From: a virus
Reading direction: 5' to 3' (one strand)
Length of the DNA: 64,000 nucleotides
IMG/VR virus record: IMGVR_UViG_3300028837_002527
Span: 4,768-68,767 of that record
Under the pieces are notes generated by a model. The model was not told where the DNA came from. It worked only from the letters and a program-made list of their open reading frames with translations, and searched no databases. Positions 1-8,292 of this stretch are shown here, piece after piece. The translations under genes and the position numbers were made by a program. Numbering within the stretch: position 1 is the stretch's first letter; each line of letters starts with the position of its first letter.

Positions 1-1
1 T

Positions 2-139
2 AAAGTATTAAGAGGGATGTACATTACTGATATTGAGAGAGCAAAACAGGGAAATCTTCCTGATGCTTTCTACAATGCTACATTAGAAGTTTTTGATTCA
101 TCTATAATAAGAGAAAAAGCCAAGAAAGGGGATAAGTAA
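2..139 (+). CDS. partial hypothetical protein (5' truncated by window)
   Basis: Open frame KVLRGMYITD...KGDK ending TAA 137-139, overlapping next ATG (TAATG). Confidence 0.6.
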   Translation, partial: KVLRGMYITDIERAKQGNLPDAFYNATLEVFDSSIIREKAKKGDK

Positions 140-504
140 TGTCTTTAGAAGAAAAAATAGAAGATTTGGAAGATGTATTAACGGAAGAATTTCCATTTTT
201 GTTAAATGGGTTAAGTGAATCACTTAAATCTCTTAAAGATAATGCTAAAGAAGTATCTGAAGAATTAAAAAGTAGATTGGAAGGATTAGCAGAGCAATCA
301 ATTCTTACATTGCAACAAGTTGCTAAAAAACAAATAACAGAGGAGGATGGAAAAGAGATATTAAAAAGATTACGAATTGCATTTAATAATTATATTGATA
401 CAGCTCAAATTGAAGCAGGAAAAGCAATTGCATCTAAATTTGAAAGTTTGATTGATGATGTATTAGTATTTGTTGGAAAATTAGTAATTGGTTTTATAGT
501 ATAA
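139..504 (+). CDS. hypothetical helical protein with hydrophobic C-terminus (lysis-region)
   Basis: 121 aa ORF, RBS AAAGGGG, C-terminal VLVFVGKLVIGFIV. Confidence 0.6.
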   Translation: MSLEEKIEDLEDVLTEEFPFLLNGLSESLKSLKDNAKEVSEELKSRLEGLAEQSILTLQQVAKKQITEEDGKEILKRLRIAFNNYIDTAQIEAGKAIASKFESLIDDVLVFVGKLVIGFIV

Positions 505-514
505 GGAGACACAC

Positions 515-889
515 ATGGAATGGGTAGATATAGTAACAAAGTTAGTAGTAGCTATTGTAGTAACTGTTACTCCTATTGTTTGGGCATTAATTAAAAGGAA
601 ATTAAAACTTAATGAAGAAAACTGGAAAGGCGTTGTTAGAATTATAGAACAATCTGTTGAGGATGTTTATATAAATGTTGTGCGTGATTTAAAAAAGGCA
701 AGTGCAGATGGAAAACTTACTAAGGAAGAAATTAAAGATTTACAAGAAAAGGCGTGGGTAATTGCTGAAAAAGTTGGAAGTGATAAGGGGATTGATTTAA
801 TTAAAGAATTTGCTAAAGTTGGCGGAAAAGAATATTTTCCTGTTTTAGTAAGTAAGGTTATTAGTGAAGTGAGAGGTAAAAGAAAGTGA
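515..889 (+). CDS. putative holin (LL-H-like: one N-terminal TM plus soluble helical tail)
   Basis: RBS AAGGAG; TM IVTKLVVAIVVTVTPIVWALI followed by basic KRK; helical body ending in a basic tail. Confidence 0.5.
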   Translation: MEWVDIVTKLVVAIVVTVTPIVWALIKRKLKLNEENWKGVVRIIEQSVEDVYINVVRDLKKASADGKLTKEEIKDLQEKAWVIAEKVGSDKGIDLIKEFAKVGGKEYFPVLVSKVISEVRGKRK

Positions 890-1131
890 AATATAAAAGA
901 CCTGAAGAAACAAGGCTTATATGTCGTTTTTGTGGAAGTCTTATTTCTGAACAAAGGTGTAGGGCACTTATACGAGATAGGTGCCCTATATGTTCAAAGT
1001 GTGATGCTTTTATTCGTATTGATAATATTCTCATTGCTTTAAGGGTTAAAAAGATTAAACTTACTTATGCACAATTTATTAAGTTATTTCCAATAAGAAC
1101 ACGTCCTATTCTCTTGAAGTTGATTCTTTGA
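886..1131 (+). CDS. small Cys-rich (zinc-finger) protein
   Basis: CRFC...CPICSKC; GTGA overlap with previous stop. Confidence 0.55.
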   Translation: MKYKRPEETRLICRFCGSLISEQRCRALIRDRCPICSKCDAFIRIDNILIALRVKKIKLTYAQFIKLFPIRTRPILLKLIL

Positions 1132-1176
1132 TGGTATTTTGCCTCAAAATCATCATATGAGGACCCATAGGGCAAG

Positions 1177-1215
1177 ATAGGGGAGCTTTGTCAGACCTAT
1201 TGGTATGATGTAATG
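1177..1215 (-). repeat. dispersed bipartite motif copy 1 (CATT-NN-WTCATACCA-N11-AAAGCTCCCCTAT)
   Basis: Reverse complement reads cattacatcatacca-ataggtctgac-aaagctcccctat, matching copies at 39978, 49009 and 50153. Confidence 0.8.
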
Positions 1216-1351
1216 GTATTGGATACATGTGAACGTATAATGCGTTAGGATTAATATATTGTCACTTCTAATAAAACTTAAGGAATGGATTTGTATAGAA
1301 TATATATGTGGATTATATTCTATTTATTTTTTTCTTTTAAGGAGGCATAAA

Positions 1352-1591
1352 ATGGAAGAATTGTCAAAGAAACGTATTAAAAAATTAATTAAAGAAGCTC
1401 TTAAGGACGATAAGCTTCATAAAAGGTACAGGAACTTAATAGAAAATCTCTTTAAAATCATTAAGGATTATTCTAATTTGGTACAAGGATTGTTTGAAGT
1501 ACTTGAAGATGCAGGTTTAATGGACGAAAAGGAATTACCAGAAAAAGAGTGGAAAGCTCCTACTTTCTATAACTCTGAGGACTTTGAATAG
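1352..1591 (+). CDS. hypothetical protein
   Basis: RBS AAGGAGG before ATG 1352; ORF-track start at 1259 probably over-extended. Confidence 0.7.
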   Translation: MEELSKKRIKKLIKEALKDDKLHKRYRNLIENLFKIIKDYSNLVQGLFEVLEDAGLMDEKELPEKEWKAPTFYNSEDFE

Positions 1592-1599
1592 GAGGTAAT

Positions 1600-2355
1600 A
1601 TGGAATCAAAATGGAGAACACTTGCAACTGCTTTTTTACTTCTTATTTTGTTAGTATTTATTACTAACTTTGTAGGATGTAAAAAAAGTAGCAGAAGTTC
1701 AAAAGGAAAAACAAATACTTCAACTAGTACTAGTTCTGGTACTGGAACGGGCACTGAAACAAATACAGGCACAAATACGAATTCCAATACTGGAACTAAT
1801 ACTGGGACTACATCTGGAACAGGAACTGCAACTTCTACTAATGGAGCAAGTGATTTAAAAGTTTTTTATGATGTAAGATTTAATAATGTATACGAGTTTG
1901 AGATTATTGCAGGAGTGGATATTAATTCTGATAATTATACTGATTTTGGAATTAAGTATGATAAAGTTTGTACTTTTTATAGTGGGTTAGATAACTTTAC
2001 AGAAATGTTAATGTTATTTCCACTAGATGAAAATGGAAGTTTTATTTTATTGTTGGAAGAACCAGTTATATCAAGTCCTGTAGATGTAGATGGAGATTCA
2101 AAACCGGAATTTGTCATATATAATTACAATTCAACTACGCTTGAAAGAACTTTAAAGATATATGATGCTGCTAATATGGTGATTAAGAGTGAAGTTGTAG
2201 TTGATTTAGGTTTGGACCATATGACTTACCGTTATATGAAAATTGCAGATGTAAATGGAGATAGTGTGCATGATATAATTTATTGTTATTGTTACGATTA
2301 TAGTGGAGATTCAAAACCTAATTCATGGAGAATTATAATTTATAGCATAAAGTAA
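1600..2355 (+). CDS. lipoprotein with Thr/Gly/Asn linker and FG-GAP/VCBS-like Ca-binding repeats
   Basis: Signal peptide plus lipobox FVGC; low-complexity linker; DINSDNYTD, DVDGDSKPEF, ADVNGDSVHDII motifs. Confidence 0.7.
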   Translation: MESKWRTLATAFLLLILLVFITNFVGCKKSSRSSKGKTNTSTSTSSGTGTGTETNTGTNTNSNTGTNTGTTSGTGTATSTNGASDLKVFYDVRFNNVYEFEIIAGVDINSDNYTDFGIKYDKVCTFYSGLDNFTEMLMLFPLDENGSFILLLEEPVISSPVDVDGDSKPEFVIYNYNSTTLERTLKIYDAANMVIKSEVVVDLGLDHMTYRYMKIADVNGDSVHDIIYCYCYDYSGDSKPNSWRIIIYSIK

Positions 2356-2365
2356 AGGAGAAAAA

Positions 2366-2860
2366 ATGAAGTGTGATATTTGCAACGAAACAATTACAAA
2401 TTTAGAAGAAAAAGACTTCCATGTTATTATTGGTAAAAGTGGAGACATTCCATTTGATGTTAGTAAGTTTGAATTTTTTATGTGTAGAAAATGTAAAAGA
2501 AGAATGAATGTATGTTTGAGCGATGAAAGATTGAGTGATGAATATCTTACAAGACCATTAACTTTATTGTTTAAGAGGATTATTAATGATGAAAAAGAGA
2601 GGTGGAAACCAGAAGAATCTACTGAAAGAACTTCCGTAATGTATCCTGATGACGACCACGAGGACTATTCAGGAGAATTACAAATTACTAAAGGCAATGA
2701 TGGAGATTTGCATGTTATAACAACTGGTGAAAAGGCAGTTCGTCTATGCAGGAGTGGTGGAGCTTCAAGTTTGATTCCAGGAGTTACTACATTATTGGAT
2801 AGAATATTTAATAAAATAGCAAAATATATGGATGAAAAGGAAAGGAGGAAAAGTGGATAA
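2366..2860 (+). CDS. hypothetical protein with N-terminal CxxC...CxxC
   Basis: RBS AAGGAG; CDIC/CRKC. Confidence 0.7.
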   Translation: MKCDICNETITNLEEKDFHVIIGKSGDIPFDVSKFEFFMCRKCKRRMNVCLSDERLSDEYLTRPLTLLFKRIINDEKERWKPEESTERTSVMYPDDDHEDYSGELQITKGNDGDLHVITTGEKAVRLCRSGGASSLIPGVTTLLDRIFNKIAKYMDEKERRKSG

Positions 2861-3449
2861 ATTTTTTACTGGTGTTGGTTCAAGAAAGACACCAGAGGAT
2901 AAATGTTTTTTATTGAAAAATCTTTCGGAAGAATTAGTAAAATTGGAATACGTACTTCGTTCTGGTCATGCAGCTGGTGCTGATAGAGCTTGTGAAGAAG
3001 GGGCAAACGGGAAAGCTCATATTTATCTTCCATGGAACAAATATGGAACTAAGCCGTATAGGGAAGATAAAGGAGCATTAGTAAATGGTCATTCTTTCAT
3101 TTTTCACATGGAGCATTGGCCTGAACATGTTAAGATAATAAAAGAAGTTTGTAAATCTTTTGAATTGGATTTTAATGGAATGAGAGAAGGAATACAAAAA
3201 TTGTTATTTAGAAACGTTTTTCAAGTTCTTGGTCATAGAAGAGTGGCAAAGGGTGGGAAATCAATAGCTAGTTTTATTCAATCTGATATAGTTATTTGTT
3301 ATCACGAAAATACAGGTGGCACAAGATACGCTACCGAAATTGCAAAGAAATTTAAAGTTCCAATTTTAAATGTAAAAGATTTTGGTACATTTGAAGAAGC
3401 ACACGATGAAGTTCTTAATATTTTAGGTATTGAGGAGGAAACAAGATGA
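2853..3449 (+). CDS. DprA/Smf-like (SLOG superfamily) phage protein
   Basis: TGVGSRKTP, LRSGHAAGAD, IYLPW, RNVFQVLG, GGTRYA motifs; RBS AGGAGG before GTG 2853. Confidence 0.75.
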   Translation: MDKFFTGVGSRKTPEDKCFLLKNLSEELVKLEYVLRSGHAAGADRACEEGANGKAHIYLPWNKYGTKPYREDKGALVNGHSFIFHMEHWPEHVKIIKEVCKSFELDFNGMREGIQKLLFRNVFQVLGHRRVAKGGKSIASFIQSDIVICYHENTGGTRYATEIAKKFKVPILNVKDFGTFEEAHDEVLNILGIEEETR

Positions 3450-3706
3450 GTAGAAAAACAACGAAAGAAAGTGCAGTAATTATAGGATGGACTCATTATC
3501 CATTTATGACTATATTGAATGAAGGCTCAATAGTAATATGTGATGATGAAAAAAGGAAAGAATGTAATAAAGCAAAAATATGTTTGGCTCCTGAAGTTCC
3601 ACATTTTGAACGTAGAGATAAATTTTGTGATTGTAAAGAAGTAAAAATGAGTTGTAAATCATTTATTAAAAAGGGTAAGAAAGATGATAATAATAAACAC
3701 AAATAA
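3446..3706 (+). CDS. hypothetical Cys-rich protein
   Basis: ATGA coupling, RBS GAGGAGG. Confidence 0.55.
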   Translation: MSRKTTKESAVIIGWTHYPFMTILNEGSIVICDDEKRKECNKAKICLAPEVPHFERRDKFCDCKEVKMSCKSFIKKGKKDDNNKHK

Positions 3707-4070
3707 TTTTTGGGGTGGTATTGATGCAGAGAATGGAATATGTGTAAGTATTGCAAGAACACAACCAAAAGAATTTAATTTACCTACTATTAAGTCTGCA
3801 ATGCCCTCATCTAAATTATTGAATGATTGGAATTATAAGTTGAGATATAAAGGAAAATTAGGAGAAGAAATATATAAACAAAGATTTTTAAGAGATTTTG
3901 ACCCACTTTGGTTTATTAAAGAAATAAAGAATTTTATGTTAACTGAAAAAAATAAAAAAGTTACTTTGTGTTGTTGGTGTAGAGGTAGATTTTGTCACAG
4001 AAAATTAATAATTGAAAGGATAAAAAAGAACGCAGAATTATATGGCATTAGAATAGGAGAAGTGAAATGA
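3684..4070 (+). CDS. DUF488-like protein
   Basis: VSIAR..P, PS..LL..W, Y..RF, TLCCWC...FCHR pattern typical of DUF488. Confidence 0.65.
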   Translation: MIIINTNNFWGGIDAENGICVSIARTQPKEFNLPTIKSAMPSSKLLNDWNYKLRYKGKLGEEIYKQRFLRDFDPLWFIKEIKNFMLTEKNKKVTLCCWCRGRFCHRKLIIERIKKNAELYGIRIGEVK

Positions 4071-4603
4071 CTAACGCGAGAATAAGAGGGATTGAAACAG
4101 AATCATTTATAGATATTATTTGTTGGATGCGAGAATATTGTAGATTATTTCCAATTAAACACTCATTTGATAAGAGATTTGCAATTGGTGTTTATCAAAT
4201 ACACCAAATAATGGGTTATGGTATTGAAATTGGAAGAATAGAATATGAACCATTAGCAGCTGCTTGTTTACATTTTATAGGAGTTGCAGAAATGTTAGAT
4301 TTAGATTTGGAAACTTTTTTTTCAAATACTGATATAAGGGCAATTAAAAAAACACATCGTGGTACAGATGATATAAGTTATTCAGGTTGGGACTATGTTT
4401 TATATAATGTTAGTAAAGCACAACAAATGATTTTTTATCGTTCTTTAATTTACAAAGGTATAAAGAGAAAAAAAAGATATAGTAAGACTTTGTTAGTTAT
4501 ATGTCTTGCAAATTTAATCATGTTTTTTATGGACAGAATTCCAGTAGATAAAAGAAAACAAGCATTTTATCTTGCAATGGAAACAATGTGTGGTTCTTTA
4601 TAA
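4067..4603 (+). CDS. hypothetical protein
   Basis: 178 aa ORF, ATGA coupling, RBS AGGAG. Confidence 0.7.
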   Translation: MTNARIRGIETESFIDIICWMREYCRLFPIKHSFDKRFAIGVYQIHQIMGYGIEIGRIEYEPLAAACLHFIGVAEMLDLDLETFFSNTDIRAIKKTHRGTDDISYSGWDYVLYNVSKAQQMIFYRSLIYKGIKRKKRYSKTLLVICLANLIMFFMDRIPVDKRKQAFYLAMETMCGSL

Positions 4604-4608
4604 ACAAA

Positions 4609-4692
4609 GCTCGTGTGACGGAATTGGAATACGTGAAGGATTTAAAATCCTTTGCTCGACGGAGTATGTGGGTTCGACTCCCATCACGAGCA
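4609..4692 (+). tRNA. trnL: tRNA-Leu (anticodon UAA), CCA not encoded
   Basis: Acceptor GCTCGTG/CACGAGC-A; anticodon arm AAGGA-TTTAAAA-TCCTT; long variable arm TGCTC-GACG-GAGTA; T-loop GGTTCGACTCC. Confidence 0.95.
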
Positions 4693-4705
4693 GAAAGGAA
4701 AGTAC

Positions 4706-5050
4706 ATGAGTAATAGATGTCCATATTGTAATTTAGTTATTTTAGCACCAAGAGAATTAGAAATTGTGTCTATATTAGAAAAAGAAATGTCGAGTCACAT
4801 GATATTGGAAAAGATGATAGAGAAAAAGTATGTTTTACCTAATAGGGATTTAGTTGATATAAAAGTGCAATTGAGAAGACTTATGAAGTGGGGAGTTATA
4901 GTAAAGCGTAAAATGACAGAAAAAGAAAAAGTAAGAAGAGGTGATAAATTTATGTATAAAGTTAGTTCAAAATATATTTTTCTTGTTGGAATGTTAGATG
5001 AAAAACAAAAGGAGTATTTAGGAAAAAAGACTAAGTATTTTAGTAGTTAA
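4706..5050 (+). CDS. putative winged-HTH DNA-binding protein with N-terminal CPYC
   Basis: PRELEIVSIL...VQLRRLMKWGVIVKR...FMYKV wHTH pattern; ATG 4706 after RBS AAAGGA. Confidence 0.55.
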   Translation: MSNRCPYCNLVILAPRELEIVSILEKEMSSHMILEKMIEKKYVLPNRDLVDIKVQLRRLMKWGVIVKRKMTEKEKVRRGDKFMYKVSSKYIFLVGMLDEKQKEYLGKKTKYFSS

Positions 5051-5110
5051 AGTACTTTTATAGCTATTATTATAAATAGATGGATTTTTTTAAAAAGGAG
5101 ATATATTATA

Positions 5111-5419
5111 ATGAAAAAGAAAGTAAAAAAAGTAAAGAAAATAAAAAAGGTTAAGATAAAAATAAAGAAAGTGAAAAAAGTAAAGAGGGATAAAGTAAAA
5201 ATAAAGAAAGTAAAAAAAATAAAGAAAGTTAGAAAGATTAAGAAGATAAAAAAAGATGTATATATAGACAAAATTAATTACGATAGAAAGTATCAAACAA
5301 GGAGAGTTATAGAATGCATGGAGTGTAAGAGAAATGTTCTTGTTGCTATTGAAGCAAAAAGAGTTACTTGTCATATATGCTTGTTAAGAAAATTAAAGAA
5401 CAAAAAAGAAAGGGCTTGA
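5111..5419 (+). CDS. histone-like basic protein, (KKV/KKI)n tract plus C-terminal zinc ribbon
   Basis: RBS AAGGAG; about 48 aa of KKVKKIKK; CMEC...CHIC. Confidence 0.75.
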   Translation: MKKKVKKVKKIKKVKIKIKKVKKVKRDKVKIKKVKKIKKVRKIKKIKKDVYIDKINYDRKYQTRRVIECMECKRNVLVAIEAKRVTCHICLLRKLKNKKERA

Positions 5420-5422
5420 AGA

Positions 5423-5800
5423 ATGGACAATAAACAAAAGTGTATAGAAAAAATAAAGAAAGTTTTTAATAAGTTTTATGAAAATAAATATGAAATGGAA
5501 ATTTTTGATGAGGAAAAAATGTATCATTTGGAGGAAGAATTTCTTGAGTTATTAGTAAATCTTTCAGAGTTATATTTGTGTTATGAAGTATTTAAAAACA
5601 AAGCAAAAAAAGTATCGAAAGATAAAATAGGTGGAGCTAAATTACTTATAAGAAACGTGCCAGTGTTAAAAACTATGTCAGAAGCATTTGAATTTAGGTT
5701 TGCTCGTTTTTGTACATTTATTTCTGGTTTGCCTCGTACTCCAAAAATATTTGAAGAGTATATGCAAAAAGTTAATATGAAAATAAGAGAACTCTTCTAA
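5423..5800 (+). CDS. hypothetical protein
   Basis: 125 aa ORF. Confidence 0.65.
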   Translation: MDNKQKCIEKIKKVFNKFYENKYEMEIFDEEKMYHLEEEFLELLVNLSELYLCYEVFKNKAKKVSKDKIGGAKLLIRNVPVLKTMSEAFEFRFARFCTFISGLPRTPKIFEEYMQKVNMKIRELF

Positions 5801-5838
5801 AGAAAAAATAAATATAATAAAAAGATAAAAGAAGGACT

Positions 5839-5872
5839 GGGGAGTTTTGTAATTGAACTCTCCTATTTTTTT
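5839..5872 (+). terminator. intrinsic terminator overlapping the next promoter
   Basis: GGGGAGTTT...GAACTCTCC stem followed by TATTTTTTT. Confidence 0.55.
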
Positions 5873-5881
5873 GTCTATAAT
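5853..5881 (+). promoter_or_regulatory. sigma70-type promoter heading the packaging operon
   Basis: TTGAAC-17 nt-TATAAT. Confidence 0.65.
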
Positions 5882-5891
5882 ATATGGATAG

Positions 5892-6146
5892 ATGGAGATA
5901 AACATGGATGAATCTAAATTTTATGCTGTAAAGACTAATGATAAATGTAAATGTTGTGGAAAGAAGTTTGGGTATTTAACAAGTAGACATAGAATTATAG
6001 TTGCAGAAGGTAATTCTGTATATTTTTTGAAGAAATTTTTGGACAATAAAAAGAGCGGAGAATTGATTGAAATTGATATGAAAGATTTAATAAAAAAAGA
6101 AGTTCAGTTTGTTTTATTTTCGGATATGATTAAAGAAAAAACATGA
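5892..6146 (+). CDS. small protein with CxxCGK (Com-like) motif upstream of terminase
   Basis: KCKCCGKKFG; position at operon head. Confidence 0.55.
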   Translation: MEINMDESKFYAVKTNDKCKCCGKKFGYLTSRHRIIVAEGNSVYFLKKFLDNKKSGELIEIDMKDLIKKEVQFVLFSDMIKEKT

Positions 6147-6167
6147 GCTTAGATAAGGGGTGATTAA

Positions 6168-8282
6168 GTGGTAAAAAAAATAAAGAAAATAAAGAAAGTA
6201 AAAAAAGTTAAAAAGAAAAAGAGAGTTATTGTAAAGAAAAAGAATTATTGGGGTGGTTCAAGAGAAGGCGGAACACAGCAATACATAACAGATGAGAAAC
6301 AGTGTATGTGGAGAGACGAAGATGGAGAGAGATGTGGCAAATTTAGAGTAGAGCCTGATATTTACTGTGAACATCATGGTGGTGTTGTATACAAAGATAC
6401 TCCATGGATTGATTTTAATTTGTTGAAATGGATAAAAGAAAATGAGTTTCAACAAGACGAAGAGGGTTACTCATTAGATGAATATCCACATATGATTCAA
6501 ATCTATCAAGACAAACATCCCAATAAAAGAATAATGAAAGCAGCTCAAGTTGGCATTACACATTTTGGTGTAATATTTTCTCTTGCATTTCTTGAAACAC
6601 ATAATGGACGAAAAGTTATATATACACTTCCAACTCGCACTGAAGCTTCTCGTATATCTAAAGAAAGGGTAGATGCTTTATGTACGGAAAACAGCGATAT
6701 ATTTTATGGAGGAAATGGAGATTCAAGTAAAGAAAAAAGTAAGTATGATTCAGTAATGGAAAAACAATTTGGTCGTTCTTTCTTATTTTTACAAGGAACT
6801 TGGTCCAGAAAACAAGCAATGTCTACTCCAGCAGATTTATTGATTCACGATGAGTTAGATGAATGTAAAGGAGATGTTGTTACAATGTTTAGAAGTAGAA
6901 TTGGAAATTCAGATTATAAATGGAAAGTTGTATTTTCTACACCAACATATGCAGACAATCCTATTCATAAAGCATTTTTAGAGTCAGACCAACATCATTG
7001 GTGGTATAAATGTGAACATTGTGAACATGTGTTTATGTTATGTTGTTCTTTTCCTGAAGTAATTCAGTTAAATGAAGAAACAAACGAATATTACTTTGGG
7101 TGTGTAAAATGTAAAAAGGAAATTAAAAGAGATAAAGGATGGTGGAAAGCAGAAAATCCTAGTTCAAAGTATAGAGGTTATCATGTTACTAAGTTAATAG
7201 CTCCAAGAGTATCCGCAAATGATATAATGAATGCGAAAAATGATTATAAATTTGAGAGAGACTTTTTTAACTTTGAATTGGGACAACCATATGCTGGTGA
7301 GGAGGATAGATTAGTAAGAGCAGATTTAGAAGGTTGCGAGGATGGAAGATATACTTTGATTTATAGCGGAGAGTTAAATACATGCATGGGAGTAGACCAA
7401 GGAGGAGAAGATTTATATGTTTTAATATTAAAGCCAATGCATAATAAGTTACGATTAATTTATGTAGACCATATTATTGGTATGAATTGTTGGAGAGAGT
7501 TATATACATTAATGACACAATTTAAGGTAGTAAGATGTGTTGTTGATGCAATGCCTGATACTTTTAAAGCACGAGAATTTCAACAAGATTGGAAAACAAA
7601 AGTGTTTCTTTGTTATTATAATAAGAAACGTAAAGAAATGATAGATTGGCAACCTAATAAGGGAATGGTGTTGGCAGATAGAAGTTTAACACTTGATTTA
7701 ATGTGTCAAAATATAAAAGATGTGAAAAAGAGAAAATATATATTTCCTATTTCTGATAAGTTGGTTCCTGTTTATTTTCATATTCTTGCATTAATAAGAC
7801 AAAAAATTGAAGGTGCTGATGGAGAATCTCATTATGAATATAAAAAAGTAAGAAATGACCACTTTGCACACGCTCTTAATTATGCAACGATTGCCTCAGA
7901 AAATCTTACTATGGATTCATTTAATATTTTTGTAACAAAAGAAAGAGAAGAAGACAAAACTAAAATAATTGGATTAGGTAAGCATTCAGATGAGATATTA
8001 AATCGTTTGGCTATATATATATTGACTGAAAAAATATCATTTGAGACTCTTATTAATTATCGTTGTAACAGAGTAAACGGGAAACTTGTAGAAAATATGA
8101 CTAATTTAAATGATTTAGAGAGAAAGATAATGTTTAAATTAGAAATGAAGTATACTGTGAAAGATATGATTGTTACTTTGAGTAACATTCAATTTTGCAG
8201 AGATAGAGTTAATATGTTAATTGAAAGGAGAATTGAAAAGCAAATGAGTAGTTTATTAGGTAAAGAGGAAATAGTAACATAG
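6168..8282 (+). CDS. terL: terminase large subunit, lambda GpA family
   Basis: Walker A KAAQVGIT, Walker B HDELD, STPT, CxxC pairs, nuclease GVDQG and DHFAHA; N-terminal basic tract and C..C..C.HHGG finger. Confidence 0.92.
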   Translation: MVKKIKKIKKVKKVKKKKRVIVKKKNYWGGSREGGTQQYITDEKQCMWRDEDGERCGKFRVEPDIYCEHHGGVVYKDTPWIDFNLLKWIKENEFQQDEEGYSLDEYPHMIQIYQDKHPNKRIMKAAQVGITHFGVIFSLAFLETHNGRKVIYTLPTRTEASRISKERVDALCTENSDIFYGGNGDSSKEKSKYDSVMEKQFGRSFLFLQGTWSRKQAMSTPADLLIHDELDECKGDVVTMFRSRIGNSDYKWKVVFSTPTYADNPIHKAFLESDQHHWWYKCEHCEHVFMLCCSFPEVIQLNEETNEYYFGCVKCKKEIKRDKGWWKAENPSSKYRGYHVTKLIAPRVSANDIMNAKNDYKFERDFFNFELGQPYAGEEDRLVRADLEGCEDGRYTLIYSGELNTCMGVDQGGEDLYVLILKPMHNKLRLIYVDHIIGMNCWRELYTLMTQFKVVRCVVDAMPDTFKAREFQQDWKTKVFLCYYNKKRKEMIDWQPNKGMVLADRSLTLDLMCQNIKDVKKRKYIFPISDKLVPVYFHILALIRQKIEGADGESHYEYKKVRNDHFAHALNYATIASENLTMDSFNIFVTKEREEDKTKIIGLGKHSDEILNRLAIYILTEKISFETLINYRCNRVNGKLVENMTNLNDLERKIMFKLEMKYTVKDMIVTLSNIQFCRDRVNMLIERRIEKQMSSLLGKEEIVT

Positions 8283-8292
8283 GAGAGAAAAA

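Noticed and set aside
4527-4724. Minus-strand ORF and the 4652 start of the downstream ORF
   Set aside because: Both overlap the tRNA; the RBS-supported start is ATG 4706.
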